A stretch of DNA of 64,000 bases from Octopus vulgaris (GCA_951406725.2 OX597828.1:17546001-17610000), one strand, 5' to 3'. Counted from the first letter of the stretch, positions 27,223-41,147 are shown. Notes: generated from the sequence alone by a model not told the origin. Numbers and translations are program-made.

Positions 27223-27428
27223 TGCGCAGGCGTGGCTGTATGGTAAGAAGATTGCTTCCCAACCACATGGATACGGGTTCAGTCCTATTGTGAGGTACTT
27301 TGGGCAAGTGTCTTCTGCTATAGCCTCGGGCCGACCAAAGACATGTGAGTGGATTTGGTAGACGGAAACTGACAGAAGCCCGTCGTATAAATACATACAT
27401 ACATGCACATATATATATACATTTATTG

Positions 27429-27470
<42 letters not shown>

Positions 27471-27745
27471 ATGTACATATGTATATATATATGTATATAC
27501 ATATGTATATATGTATATACATATGTATATATGTATATACATATGTATATATATCTGTGTATATATCTATATATATGTGTGTGTGTGTCTATGTATGTTT
27601 TGTGAGTCTGTTTGTCTCAACTGATTGACAACCGATGTTGGTGTGTTTACCTTCCCATAACTTAGCGGTTCGGCAAGAGAGAACGATAAAATAAGTACTA
27701 GGCCTGCAAAGAAATAAGTCTTGGGGTTGTTTTGTTCGAAACAAA
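27223..27745 (+). mobile_element. SINE family A with expanded internal microsatellite
   Basis: Head GCGCAGGCGTGGCTGTATGGTAAG and 3' half TTAGCGGTTCGGCAA.AGAGA.CGATA.AATAAGTACT. Confidence 0.85.
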
Positions 27746-28562
27746 TAAAAGAATGAAAGGAAAATAAGCCCATACCTATAGAGTGTTGCTGAATTTATAC
27801 AGGGTTCATTCATCCTTTTAACGGGTGTTTCACCTGCTTCGTTTCTACCTACGATCGTCATCAGGCTATCCTGATAAGGTGTCTATTTAACTCTCGACAA
27901 GCGGCGATCAAGCGAACTGTACTTGTACTGCATTATATGCTACCATTTTCATACAAAAAGCGAATCATCTGACATAACATTGGTGATATTGTGGCTACTT
28001 ACAATTTAATTGTCATAACGTTGCAAAATATACCAGAGTGGTAGAACACAGCCTTAAGGAATCAGCGGAGTTCAATCACTACTAGCGTCTTCTTTCCTTT
28101 ACCTGTTTTCTATGACTGAAAAATGAAATGTCACGTATTCACTATAAATTTAAACTAATATAGAATACAATAGTGATTCCATGAGAACAGGTGAGTGTTT
28201 GCATTCGTAACTGTAAAATTAATCCAATACATTCAATTATTCTAGCAATTAGAGTCCGTTTTTACCGCAGAACAATTTAGCTCTTAAAATGTGTGTTACA
28301 CAAACAAAAGCAGGTTTTGTCACATGGTGGAAGACCAGAAACCTACTATTTTGTTTTTTTATTTCCATACTAAATATAAAGGTGAGTTACTCATTTTAAC
28401 GGTACTCGTTCCTTTAAACGGTGACGTAATCTACATTTACAGATAGCTGAAGAGGAAGGGAGGGGAAAAAACATCATTCTTAGCGCACCTTTTAAAGTTA
28501 ATTTTGATGATTAGAAAACTAGGTCGCCTCCATCATGATATTTCTCGTGTTATCAGAATTTA

Positions 28563-28563
28563 A

Positions 28564-28595
<32 letters not shown>

Positions 28596-28663
28596 CAACA
28601 ACAACAACAATAATAATAAGAAGAAGAAGAAGAAAAAAGAAGAAGAACAACAACAACAACAAC

Positions 28664-28734
<71 letters not shown>

Positions 28735-28748
28735 TGATGATGATGATA
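28563..28748. repeat. (AAT)/(AAC)/(AAG) compound microsatellite
   Basis: Direct inspection. Confidence 0.95.
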
Positions 28749-29353
28749 CGAGAGGCAAATAAATAAATAAATAAATAGATGCACAAATTTGTTAGATAAG
28801 AAATAACAGAATCCAGAGTTAAACAAAGAATACAGTTTATGTCTTTTTGTTGTTTGTTGTTTTGTTGTCTTGTGTTTTGTATATTTTTTTTTTGTTTTTT
28901 TTTTGTTATTTTGGAGGCTAACTATTATCCCGCTATCTGTTATCTGCTTAATGTCAATGCAAAGAGAGAGAAAGAAAGAAAGAATGAAGGAAGGAAGGCA
29001 AGAAGGAAGAGGTGCTGATCGATGAGTGATTGTAAAGACCAAAAATGTGGTTAAGATAACTCAGAATATCTGAGAATTGAACTGTTTAAATTTCTATTAA
29101 AGAGTAGGAGCTTGCCAAATAAATAAAATAAAATAAAATAAAATAAAATAAAAAATAATGCATAAATAAATATGTACAGCGAAAAAAAATAAGAGCTAAA
29201 CAAGTACCCCCACCTTTAAAAAAAAAAACTCAAACAACTACCAACAACATCAGCAACACCAGCATCAACTATTGTAAAATAAATGATAATAAATCTCCCA
29301 TTCCTGGCTGCTGAAATAAAAAATACATGCACACATACACACACAAGAGTATC

Positions 29354-29392
<39 letters not shown>

Positions 29393-29464
29393 ATACATCA
29401 TATACATATATATAATACTACTATTATTATATGCATAATATATATATATATATATATATATATT

Positions 29465-29539
<75 letters not shown>

Positions 29540-30751
29540 ATGTATGTATGTATGTATGTATGTATGCATGTATCATGAATATATGGCAGAGTCTTGCATC
29601 AACTTTGAAGCCTCTTCTTCCGTTTATAGCGTTATTATTGAATCGTAGCTATCAAACATTAACCACCTGTGTTTCAGCTACGAACTATGTAATTAAAGAT
29701 ATTGACTGCAATATCATAACAAAAGATTACAAGGTTGTTTGATCTAAAAGATTTCCATTGTTAATTAACCGATTGGTTCGCATAAGAGGCCCCTTCATTC
29801 GTTAATCTAAACCGAATAGAAAACTGGAAATAAAGGCTGAAAGGGGATATTTTAATAAAAAAAAATACGGAATACACAGAATTGGGCATTGAATGTATTC
29901 TATAAAAGCTTGAAGACACCAATGTCTTTTAGAGTTCAAAATTCGGCCAGTTCAAGGAGCGTGCAATTAACTCTTGACTAGAACTATTTGTTCAAATTTG
30001 TTTTCAAAGCGCGCAATCAATTCGTAATTAATTTGTATGTGTGTATGTGTGTGTACATATAATGCCGTATGATCCTCCATTTTATGAGAACTCCTGCTCT
30101 TATAAGTCTGAGGATAATAGAACTCAGTGCTAGCGAAAGCATTCACCATCTAGGGCACGGAACTATAAAGCAATAAGGGTGTTATTGTTAGAATATCTAC
30201 AAATCTTTTAATTAAGTTTAAAATGACGAAGGGTGCGTTGAGGAGGATAATGCCGATGACGATGTTAAAGATTGATAACAAACAATAGGTTACATTTTCA
30301 TGCGAGAAGAATGTCAATCATTTCATCTTCCGTCAAATTTGTATTACGCTATTTTATTGATGTGCAACAGCAAGGGCAAATAAAGGTGCACTAGCACTTA
30401 CACAAACTATACACTTTCGAAAGATATACATACATACATACATACATACATACATACATACATGTATTTTCCTATCAAACTTTTCCACCAGTTGAAAATT
30501 TGATAGAAACTCCTACTGCTGCTCGAAATCAGATAACCCAAGTTTAGCCTTTTAACTCGAACATTCTGTTGTGCTCCTGTTACCGCTCCGCTTTAAAATA
30601 AAAGTCGAGGCTATATGAAAAGAATAATTTTGCACATCAAACGTTAGAGGCAATTAGTAGCGGCAGAAGGTGATTTTAAGTCCATCTTCCTAACAAACAT
30701 TTCTACAAAGTGTTGTTGCAAAACTTCCTACAAGTGTTTGAAATCATATCC

Positions 30752-31140
30752 TACTCTCTTTACTCTTTTACATGTTTCAGTCATTTGACTGCGGCCATGC
30801 TGGAGCACCGCCTTTAGTCGAGCAAATCGACCCCGGGACTTATTCTTTTGTAAGCCCAGTACTTATTCTATCGGTCTCTTTTGCCGAACCGCTAAGTGAC
30901 GGGGACGTAAACACACCAGCATCGGTTGTCAAGCAATGCTAGGGGGACAAACACAGACACACAAACACACACACATATATACGACAGGCTTCTTTCAGTT
31001 TCCGTCTACCAAATCCACTCACAAGGCATTGGTCGGCCCGGGGCTATAGCAGAAGACACTTGCCCAAGATGCCACGCAGTGGGACTGAACGCGGAACCAT
31101 GTGGTTGGTTAGCAAGCTACTTACCACACAGCCACTCCTA
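30752..31140 (-). mobile_element. well-preserved full-length SINE family A
   Basis: Most consensus-like copy, with tRNA head, CORE-like block, short internal CA/TA tract and tail repeats. Confidence 0.92.
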
Positions 31141-31744
31141 CGTTCATCTTTGTCACTAAAATAGCCTATGGTAATATAACTTACCGAGCTGCTGTCTTCC
31201 TATGTGCTCCCATTGAAAATTGTATGTATCCTCGAGTCTTAGAGCACGCACTTTAGCAAGATAAATGTAGATTTCGTGCTTTGCACAAAATAAATGCCCA
31301 GGAATAATTCAGCTTGCCAATCCGTCGGTCTCGTTGTCTTTCTGAATAACTTCTTCTTCTTCTTGCCCCTCTATTAAAATTCCTACCTTAATTTAATGGT
31401 TTCTAATTCCGGTTATTTACTAAAGCTAAACAGTCGTCGTGTAATTTTTCCTTTCAGTCCTTCCAGCCACGTATTTATTCAAATATCTATTGTCAAATCC
31501 CGTGCAAATAGCTCATTAGTCCAACAATTGTTGCTTTTACGTGTCAGAACCAATAATTACAGCTTTCAGTTTGGGACAAAGTATAGAAATACTGTATTTG
31601 CCATACAGAACGCAGGCTCCAACACATATACCCAACCATACGAAAATATGGAAAACCTTCACTATCCTCATCAACTAACCGAATGTACATGGCATCTTTC
31701 CATAAAGAATCCACACAAAACAAAGCTAGTTCAATTGCAATTTA

Positions 31745-31905
31745 ATCAACCATTGGCTCCTCCAAAGTGTTCTTTCCTCTTTTAATACAGTTCTTTCAAA
31801 CTTTGTTTCCAAATGTGTCTTGGCACCCGTATTCGGTAGGGTGATCAATTCTAGTAGCTAAATTTTCTTCGATTTCTTCGACCGTCTGAAATCGGTAATC
31901 TTTGC
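31745..31905 (-). pseudogene. mariner transposase C-terminal remnant
   Basis: Minus strand across frameshifts reads RFQTVEEIEEN...LITLP..GCQDTF..WKQS.KNCIKRG.EHFGG, cf. mariner RF..VEEI....F..WK.RW.KCI...GEYFEG. Confidence 0.45.
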
Positions 31906-32273
31906 AAACAAAAATCAATAAATACAAAATGATAATAAATCAATAAATAAACTGCTTCACGGAAACTAAACAATTAAAAGAGTGGCTGATAGTCATGAGA
32001 AAATATACAAAATATGATAACAAGTTTTATGTGTCTGTAGTACCCTAGAGTTCTTTCTTCAAGATGTAATTGATTCAGTTTCAGTAAACTGTCTAAGATA
32101 TGTGCATCCATATAGAAATACATGCATGTATGTATATATATATATATATATATATATTTGTATCTATCTATTTATCTATCTATCCATTTATCTATCTATT
32201 TGTGTATCTGTCTATCTGTCTGTCTGTCATAATAGACATTCTTTATTTTCTCTCCTTGTTTCTTTCCGCGTTC

Positions 32274-32309
32274 CTTTCTGTGGAAGAGCGTAGACTTGAA
32301 ACGTTAAAG
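32274..32309 (+). ncRNA. minimal hammerhead variant (core CUGUGGA)
   Basis: cttt-CTGTGGA-a-gagc gtag actt-GAAA-cg-TT-aaag. Same layout as 34034-34068, and the downstream TTCCCGAGC is shared. Confidence 0.55.
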
Positions 32310-32579
32310 ATCTTTTCACTTCCCGAGCGTTATACTAATGCATCCGTTTGTTGTCTACACAACCTGTCTTCGTCTTTTGTTTTAGGTTTTTTTTGTGAAT
32401 TCATCCCTATACGTGTATATATATAAGCGGGAAGTTGAAATTATAAGAGATAATAGTGTCACTGAAGCCCAAAGCTGTTAGGTGATGCTGAATAAGTGCT
32501 ATAGACAGACTATAGTTAAGTTCCAGATTCGGTAATATTGCGAATAAAGGGTTCAACGTTAGTTTTATGTCAGCGTGTG

Positions 32580-32725
32580 TATATAAGAATTTTTTGCGTA
32601 ATGAAATAAAAACCAAGGTTGTATAGATATTAGAGCATTTATAGATAGAACGTCTATCGATAAATGCTCTAATATCTATACAGCCTTGGTTTTTTTTATC
32701 TCATTAGGCAAAAAATTCTTATATA
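32580..32725. repeat. near-perfect palindrome, about 70 bp arms, 3 nt loop
   Basis: 32580-32649 is the reverse complement of 32653-32725, with 4 substitutions and one short indel. Confidence 0.92.
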
Positions 32726-33248
32726 TATGTTCCAGCATGGCCACAGTCAAATGACTGAAAAAATACCAGAATAAAAGAATAGTTTGACGAGTATGGCCGT
32801 GGCTATCAAGCGTTAACTGTTAGCAATGCTCGTGCAAATATTTTATGTCACATGCAGTTTGTGTAACTCTCACAAGAAACACACAGAGAAGCAAAATGTA
32901 AGATATACGGCTCAGTGAAGCAGCAGTTTTTATATATGAGCAGCTTACGCCTAAAGAGAAACCTTGACAAAGATCAAGAGCCCAAATTTCCAGTGGTCAT
33001 ACTGCACCCTCAGCCACCAACCCGAGTACCTCTAAGTCCCAGCGCCTATTTATGTATGTATGTTAGTATAAGAAGATTGAATGAATTGGGTATAATCCAA
33101 GTCCCTACAATTGTTTGTGTTTAAGTCCAATCTGGTAATTGCTGAGTGTTACATATATTTTATACATCATTGCATTAGTGTAATCCATCAATAGTTGTGT
33201 ATCTGCACGTTTTCAGGTGAGTTGGTTAGAGAGCACCGCTGGATCTAT

Positions 33249-33386
<138 letters not shown>

Positions 33387-33656
33387 ATGTATACAAACAC
33401 ATACATATACGTACGTACACACACACACATATTCTTTTATTCTTTTACACGTTTCAGTCATTCGACTGCGGCCATGCTGGAGCACCGCTTTTAGTCGAAC
33501 AAATCGTCCTCCGGACTTATTCTTTGGGAGCGTAGTACTTATTCCGTCAGTCAATTTTGCAGAACCGCTAAGGTACGGGGACGTAAACACACCAGCATCG
33601 GTTGTCAAGCGATAGTGGTGGTACAATCACAGACACACTAACACAGACATATACAA

Positions 33657-33696
<40 letters not shown>

Positions 33697-33779
33697 ACTG
33701 ACCATGGGTAGACACAAGAGCCACTCCTAATTCCTTCTTCCTTGACCTTAAACTATACTAAGCCCTACAACATACATAG

Positions 33780-34170
33780 ATTTACAGTCACAACCACACA
33801 CACACACACACGTGTTATCATTGTACACATACACACATACACACACACACACGCAGACCTTCGCGCAAGCACATATCCACACTTACACACACATACCTCC
33901 TCTTGCAATCTCCTGTCTTTGAAATAACTTTTCTTCACCCATTTCCTTCCGGTCATTCAAAATATGCCCGCGTGTGTACCGTTGGCGACTTTTTACCTCC
34001 GTCTTCCCTTCTCTGGATCTTTCCTTTTCCTATGTTTCTGACGAAGAGCTCCGCTCCAAACGTAAAACCCTCCTTCCCTTCCTTCCCGAGCTTCCAATAA
34101 TACTATACTTGTTACACGTTCTCCCGTTGTTGTGTTTTCTCTTTGTGTTCTCATGTTTGGATTAACTTTA
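33780..34170 (+). mobile_element. about 390 bp non-coding hammerhead-bearing element (retrozyme/PLE pLTR-like), copy 1
   Basis: Colinear with 45500-45895. It contains the hammerhead at 34034-34068 and ends ATGTTTGGATTAACT before a TA tract. Confidence 0.8.
34034..34068 (+). ncRNA. minimal type I hammerhead with G12>C substitution
   Basis: gttt-CTGACGA-a-gagc tcc gctc-CAAA-cg-TA-aaac. Stems I and II are perfect and stem III is the palindrome ACGU. Confidence 0.75.
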
Positions 34171-35218
34171 TATATATATACGACGGGCTTCGAGGCTATA
34201 GTAGAAGACATTTGCCCAAGGTGCCACGCAGTGAGACTGAACTTAGTCGGTATGCAAGCTATTTACCACACAGCCACTCCTACGCCTATATGCATAAATA
34301 TTCTAAGCTGTCATTATTTCCTATCTCTGTATACTTTTAGCTCGAATGCTGAAGTCAGTCATTCTTTCGGGGACTGATGATAAAAGGATTTTCGGACAGA
34401 TGAAGCAATGCATTATCCATTTTACAGTTTCCACAACTTGGGTGAGTAAAGAGTGTGCTGGAGCCATCTAGGGCCTACACGGCTTCCCAAATGAATCGTC
34501 ATGTGTTGATACCAAGCCACCCACTATATATAGATATACATATACATTAACAAATATATAACATACATAGATAGATATGCATATCTATTTACAAGTACAC
34601 ATATGCAAACATATATGAATAAATTGATACAGAAATATATGTATCTATGTATTTTCTTGTGTGTGTCTGCAAGTGTATAGAGACATGAGCTTATGTATGC
34701 GTGTGTATCGGCCGGTTAGGTGATTGATACTTCAGTATACAGAAATACAAACAAAAGCGTTCGTTTTAAAACAATTTGTAATGGAATCTTATAAGTTTCT
34801 TATAGGATTTTCCGTGCAAAAAAAAAATACCAATATATGCAGAAGCAAAAGAGAAGAAAAAAAAGCATAATAATGATGAAATATACAGAAAGAATAAATC
34901 CTGTTCTCGTGTACAATAAATTAGCAATATATCAAAGAAGATTTCAGAAAGGAAGCGAAATACTTGAGTATGAAATATTTCTAATTAGTATTTGAGTTTA
35001 GAAGATTTATGATTATCACCTTACACTGCATCATTCGTTTGCCTGAAAGGAGACCGATATTATTGATTTATGTAAATATCTAACAGGCTAAATTACACAC
35101 TCTTGTTGTTTGTTCTTTGTTGTGGCTCGTTTCTTTTTTCTTTTTTTTCTTGTATTTTGCTTCTGATATTTGCTTGATGTTTTTATTTGTCTATATGGTT
35201 GATTTTTATTTATCATTA

Positions 35219-35221
<3 letters not shown>

Positions 35222-35303
<82 letters not shown>

Positions 35304-35345
35304 CATTATTATTATTATTATTATTATTATCATTATTATTATTAC
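35222..35345. repeat. (ATT)n microsatellite
   Basis: Direct inspection. Confidence 0.95.
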
Positions 35346-35681
35346 TCCTTCTATTACGTCCATTATATTTCTTTTCGTTTCTGTTAAGTTAGCTTAGTAA
35401 ACATTGTTACATGGCGAAAAAATATAATAATAAATATCACCCCTCGGTCGGGAAAATCTTGATTTACAGCCTCCGTACAAATTAACATATATGATACGAG
35501 CCAATGAGATGTTTTTTTTCTTTCTTTCTAAATAGTCGCTCTCGTTTGCTCAATGTAATATTCAAATCTTCGTAAAAGAAAAGAGCAAACGCGTAAACAA
35601 AGCAATCTACACACCACATCATTGATTGAATAGCAATGGCTGTCTATACATACATACATATATACATACATTCACACACAC

Positions 35682-35744
<63 letters not shown>

Positions 35745-35760
35745 TACATATATATATAAT

Positions 35761-35793
<33 letters not shown>

Positions 35794-35856
35794 CATACGT
35801 TTAATAGACACATTCATAAATAGAAACACGAATATTTATACATACTTACAGACATC

Positions 35857-35927
<71 letters not shown>

Positions 35928-36524
35928 ATATATATATATATATGTATGTATGAATGTATGTATATATATATATATACAGAATGCCACGGAAACAATAGTT
36001 CATCAAACTACTCCATTTTGGGACTGTTCAAGTAAAATGGCTAATTAACTACGATAATTATTATAATGATTTTTAACATTGGCATAGGGCCACAGACGTT
36101 CTAGCTGAAAGGGATACGCCTGACTCAGTTGGCCTCTTTTTTTCTGCCCCTCCTCTCGTTCTCTCTTTCTTTGCAAGACCCCCACCATAAACTAATAGCG
36201 TTCGTATCGATTCATTTGTGATAAAAGACAATGTATCAACATATCAACATTAACAATGATTTATAACTTTGGCGGAAGGTAACTGATTATTGGAAAGGCG
36301 TTTTATTGATCCAATTGACACATTAACAAATTACCTCTGAGGATAGACATGAGCACGATCCAGAAAATAGTGAAGCTATAATCGATATTCGTTGGTTAAA
36401 CCCTTCCCACACAACGTATGTTAACCAGGAACATTCTTAGGTGCTAATTATGTCTTATACATTGATTGAAATCAATTACAATTCACAACCAGATATTTAG
36501 ATAATTAGGTTTTTTTTTTCTTCT

Positions 36525-36709
36525 TATATTTGTTTTAGTCATTAAATTGCGGCCATGCAGAAGCACCGCCTTGAAGAATATTTTATTGAGTGAATATACC
36601 CCAGTACTTTATTTTGATAATTAGTCCGCTAAGTTATGGTGTCATACCTTCCAACACCGGTTGTCAATTGGTGGTGACGGACAAATACGGATAAAGACAC
36701 ACATGCAGT

Positions 36710-36774
<65 letters not shown>

Positions 36775-36781
36775 AGACACA

Positions 36782-36823
<42 letters not shown>

Positions 36824-36915
36824 GAGAACTAGAAGACACTTGTCCAAAGTCCCACACATTGGGAATGAAGCCGAAACCCTGTGGTTGTTAAGCGAGCTTC
36901 TTACCACAGAGCTAC
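36525..36915 (-). mobile_element. degenerate SINE family A with internal (CA)n
   Basis: GCGGCCATGC.G.AGCACCGCC ... AGAAGACACTTG.CCAA.GT.CCAC. Confidence 0.75.
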
Positions 36916-37044
36916 ATCTGTACGTTTAAAAGTATATTAAGCAACAGTTTACTTGCCTTGTTACAGTTGTTTCTCATCAAAAACTGTGACTTAATTGATA
37001 ACGGCAATATTCTTATAGACTTTCTTCGATCTAGGAAAGTATCA

Positions 37045-37949
37045 ATGCCTTGGTGCTGTACCAGGCAGCGGCTCTGTGGAGGCGCCTGGCTTAGTGGTTA
37101 GGGTGTTGAACTCATGATTGTAAGGTTGTGGTTTAGATTCTTGGACCGGGCGATGCGTTGTGTTCTTGAGCAAAACACTTCATTTCACGTTGCTGCAGTC
37201 CACTCAGCAGGCAAAAATGAGTCGTCCTGCGACGGACCGGCGTCCCGTCCTGGTGGGGAATTTCTACGCCACTGAAACCGGGAAACCAGCCCTTATGAGC
37301 CTGGCATGGCTCGAGAAGGAACAGGCAGCAGCTCTCATAGCTTCTGTTCATAACTGGAAGTGTTAACATACATGTTTTGTCTTCGTGCAAAATACGGACT
37401 ACAGCAAATATACTGCTCAATACCAAAGATTTGCCTGACAGTTGCTCGACTTTAACCGCTTGAACATGTCCCTTAGTGGCTGACGATAAGTGCATCTTTC
37501 ATCATGAGCAGGAGTAGTGGAGGAACAGCATAGCCATATGTTGAAAGGAATTTTTGGGGGTTGGAATAATTCACCTCTTGAAACATGGCTATTCCATTCT
37601 TCATTTTTAAACGAATCTTATTCAACGACCTTTTGAGCGGAATGAGCCACTCCGCGTGAAGAAAATTCTAAATGGTCCCAACCTGCAAGCTCATGCGTCG
37701 TTTATCTTGATATGAGATCACCATGTTGCGCACATATGGTGGTGACGCATGTGTTTGGTGCACCCTTATCAGACGAGGAGTCTGATGATGGATGTATAGG
37801 GTTTCGTATACTTGTAACCCAGTATCATTTTAATGGCATGCGCTGCTCTCTCACTTCATATTGATAATAATAATGATAATAATAATAATAACAACAATAA
37901 CAACAACAACAACAACAACAACAACAACTGCAACAATAATAATAATAAC

Positions 37950-38030
<81 letters not shown>
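37045..38030 (+). mobile_element. unclassified retroposon-like repeat with (AAT)n tail, interrupted by a SINE
   Basis: Higher-GC segment that is continuous across the SINE target-site duplication and ends in (AAT/AAC)n. Confidence 0.4.
37076..37321 (+). mobile_element. full-length SINE family C with 14 bp TSD
   Basis: tRNA head GGCTTAGTGGTTAGGG and Meta/V-like CCTGCGACGGACCGGCGTCCCGTCC. TSD is CAGGCAGCGGCTCT (37062-37075) / CAGGCAGCAGCTCT (37322-37335). Confidence 0.9.
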
Positions 38031-38031
<1 letters not shown>

Positions 38032-38228
38032 CGTGTTAAGTGGAACGGCTCATGTACTGAGAAGAGCATTATCGCTGTGAAAACAACATCCATTTTTATT
38101 TTTTAAATACACATTTTACCTGTGAATTTGCGCGTGTAATCTGGGAATGCATATAATGAGCTTCTCTGCCCTAGGTGTACGGAAAACACCCGGCGAGAAA
38201 CGGATGAAAATTTAAAGAAAGAAGGAAA

Positions 38229-38364
<136 letters not shown>

Positions 38365-38377
38365 TGATAATAATAAT

Positions 38378-39325
38378 CCTTTGTGCTGAAATTTCGGGGA
38401 GGAGACTAGTCGATTACATCGACCTCAGTGTGTCACTGGTATTTAATTCATCGACCCCCGAAAAGATGAAAGGCAAAGTCGACCTCGGCGGGATTTGAAT
38501 TACATTGTGAAGGCGGGTGAAATGCTGCTAAGCATTTTACCCGGTGTGCTAACGATTCTGCCATCTCACAGTCTTAATAGTAATCATAATAATATATCTT
38601 TCTTATATTGGCAGAAGGACCGAAGTTTGAGGGAAGAATTCAATACAATTACATCGACTCCAGCAATTGATTTATAAAAAAGTGGAACAAACGGTATGAA
38701 CGAATTTTCAAATCTTAGGGCAAGACCACAATGTTTTGAGGTCAGGGTTTGGTTATTCAATTATATCGTTCCCAGTGCTCATCTTGTACTTTTTTCCAAT
38801 TTCGAGACGATTAAATGCAAAGCTGACGTCGGTAGAAGAACAAGAACATCGAACAGAAACAGCTGAAAAATTCTAACAATTTTCTCCCTGTGTGCTGACT
38901 GGCCGTCTTTAAGCTATATATAATACTCCTTTCTGCAATAGGAACAAGCGTGAAATTTTGGAAAAGGGGGCTGCTAAATTACATCGACGACAGTACTCAG
39001 CCGGTAGTTATTTTATTGACCCCAGGATATATGAAAGGCGAAGTCAACTTCGGCGGAATTTGAAGTCAAAACGTAAAACTAGAAGAAATTCTGCTAGGAA
39101 CTTCGTGCAGCGCTGTTAACGATTCAGTCAGCTCTTTGAACTATTGATAATAATGAGACGAAACTTTGGCACACGCCCAGCCAATTCAACTGGTGCTTAT
39201 TCTATCGAATCGAATAAAAAGCAAACTTTGACCCCGGTGACATTTGAACTCAGAACGTAAGGACAGAGGAAATCCCACTGAGCATTTTGCTCAGCATGCT
39301 ATCGATTCTGCCCTTCCCGCTGCCT
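38378..39325 (-). mobile_element. cluster of tandemly arranged degenerate family B SINEs
   Basis: Repeated ATTACATCGAC...TATTGACCCC...AAAGGC.AAGTC.AC.TCGGCGG.ATTTGAA units at about 38378-38565, 38640-38900, 38925-39135 and 39160-39325. Confidence 0.7.
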
Positions 39326-39843
39326 TCAAACTATGGATAACAGTAACAATAATATAACCAAGATCTTAGGTTCTGGAATTACATCTATCAGATGCCCTTT
39401 CTCTTTCTCCCCTTCTCTCTGTCTTTTCTCCCTCTCCCTCTCTCTTGTTTCTTCACCTTAGGTGTGATGATGTACAGTTTATGAAGGTAAAAGTATTACT
39501 TCCATGCTGACCTACCGACTATTGGCCGCTCCGTTCGTTGATATACTAATGTCATCTCTCAACTGCTAGCACAAAATGTCTAGCTAAATTTGTAAAGCAT
39601 TCGGTAATTAATATTAAGTTATTTCTCTGATGGACAGACAAATTAGCATATCTCTGCTTTAGACGGGACTTATCATTATTTAAGCAATGTACATTTTATG
39701 TAAAAACAACATAACACAAAAGAAGAGAAATAAATACAAACATAGGAAAGCGCCTTTGGCTTTGTTACTGATATATATATATTTATATATATAAAGAGAA
39801 ATACATGCATACATAACTAAAACATATATTCATATATACATAC

Positions 39844-39888
<45 letters not shown>

Positions 39889-39981
39889 GTCGATATAAAA
39901 TTTGCATCTTCATAAACTAACCTTGAGTATATATACATATATATATATATATACATATTTATATATACATACATACACACA

Positions 39982-40017
<36 letters not shown>

Positions 40018-40074
40018 TAGATGAATGTATATATGAATATATGTATTACTTATGTATGTATGTATTTATCATTC

Positions 40075-40107
<33 letters not shown>

Positions 40108-40154
40108 GTATGCATGTATGTATGTGTGTATGTATGTATGTGTGTCTATAAATG

Positions 40155-40236
<82 letters not shown>

Positions 40237-40447
40237 ATATACTCAAGGTTACTTTATGAAGATGCAGATTTTATATCGACGATATCACAATTCCTTTTTC
40301 GGTGTTTTCAGAATTTCCTAAAGGAAGAAGTTTATCATGCAATCTCGTGAAAACAAATTGAATTGTAAAATCTGTTTCTGACAAATATTTAATTGCTATA
40401 TTATTTCTAATTATATAACATTATCCTTGAGTGATAAAATGGATAGT

Positions 40448-40536
<89 letters not shown>

Positions 40537-40579
40537 CATGCTGGCACATACACATATACGTATGAATATATATATACAT

Positions 40580-40640
<61 letters not shown>

Positions 40641-41147
40641 TACATAGACGTGCATGTATGTATGTATGTATGTATGTATGTGCGCTTGTACATTGTCTAT
40701 GATAGTTGTTAGTTTGTCGCCTCCGTAACTTTAAGTATTTATCTGAACCTCCCTCAAAGCAAACGATCTGAGGCCAGGAATGACACATACCTTTAATGTC
40801 ATTCAAAATACATTGTTTGAAAGAAATTAAAGAATGACGGTTTTATGGCTAGACCAATTTTAATGATGCTGATGCTCGTACCAGAACTTATCTGGACCAT
40901 CAAACACATCAACAGTCAATAGATAAGCATCAAATAAGACCCCCAAATGCGCTAGAGGTAAAATTCAAATATTTCTCAAAACACATTTCAGCTTTTAAAA
41001 AGTAAGGACATACAGTAAGGACATAACAAAATCGGAATATTGTGTTGTTAGACATTATCTCTTGTAGGCCGTCAAACAACAACCAGAAATATTAATATCC
41101 GCCGCCTTGTTAACGTTTTCCATAAGTAATAGTTAGTTGCTTATTAG

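Larger units (their letters stand above)
33432..34290 (-). mobile_element. SINE family A split at its internal microsatellite by an insertion
   Basis: 3' half at about 33432-33650 and 5' half at about 34180-34290. Confidence 0.8.

Noticed and set aside
36330-36380. CTGAGGA...GAAA hammerhead-like spacing
   Set aside because: Stems I and III do not form and there is no UH cleavage site.
37076-37150. tRNA-like sequences at SINE heads (also 12818, 41148, 54130)
   Set aside because: They have A/B boxes only with no complete cloverleaf, and they continue into SINE bodies.
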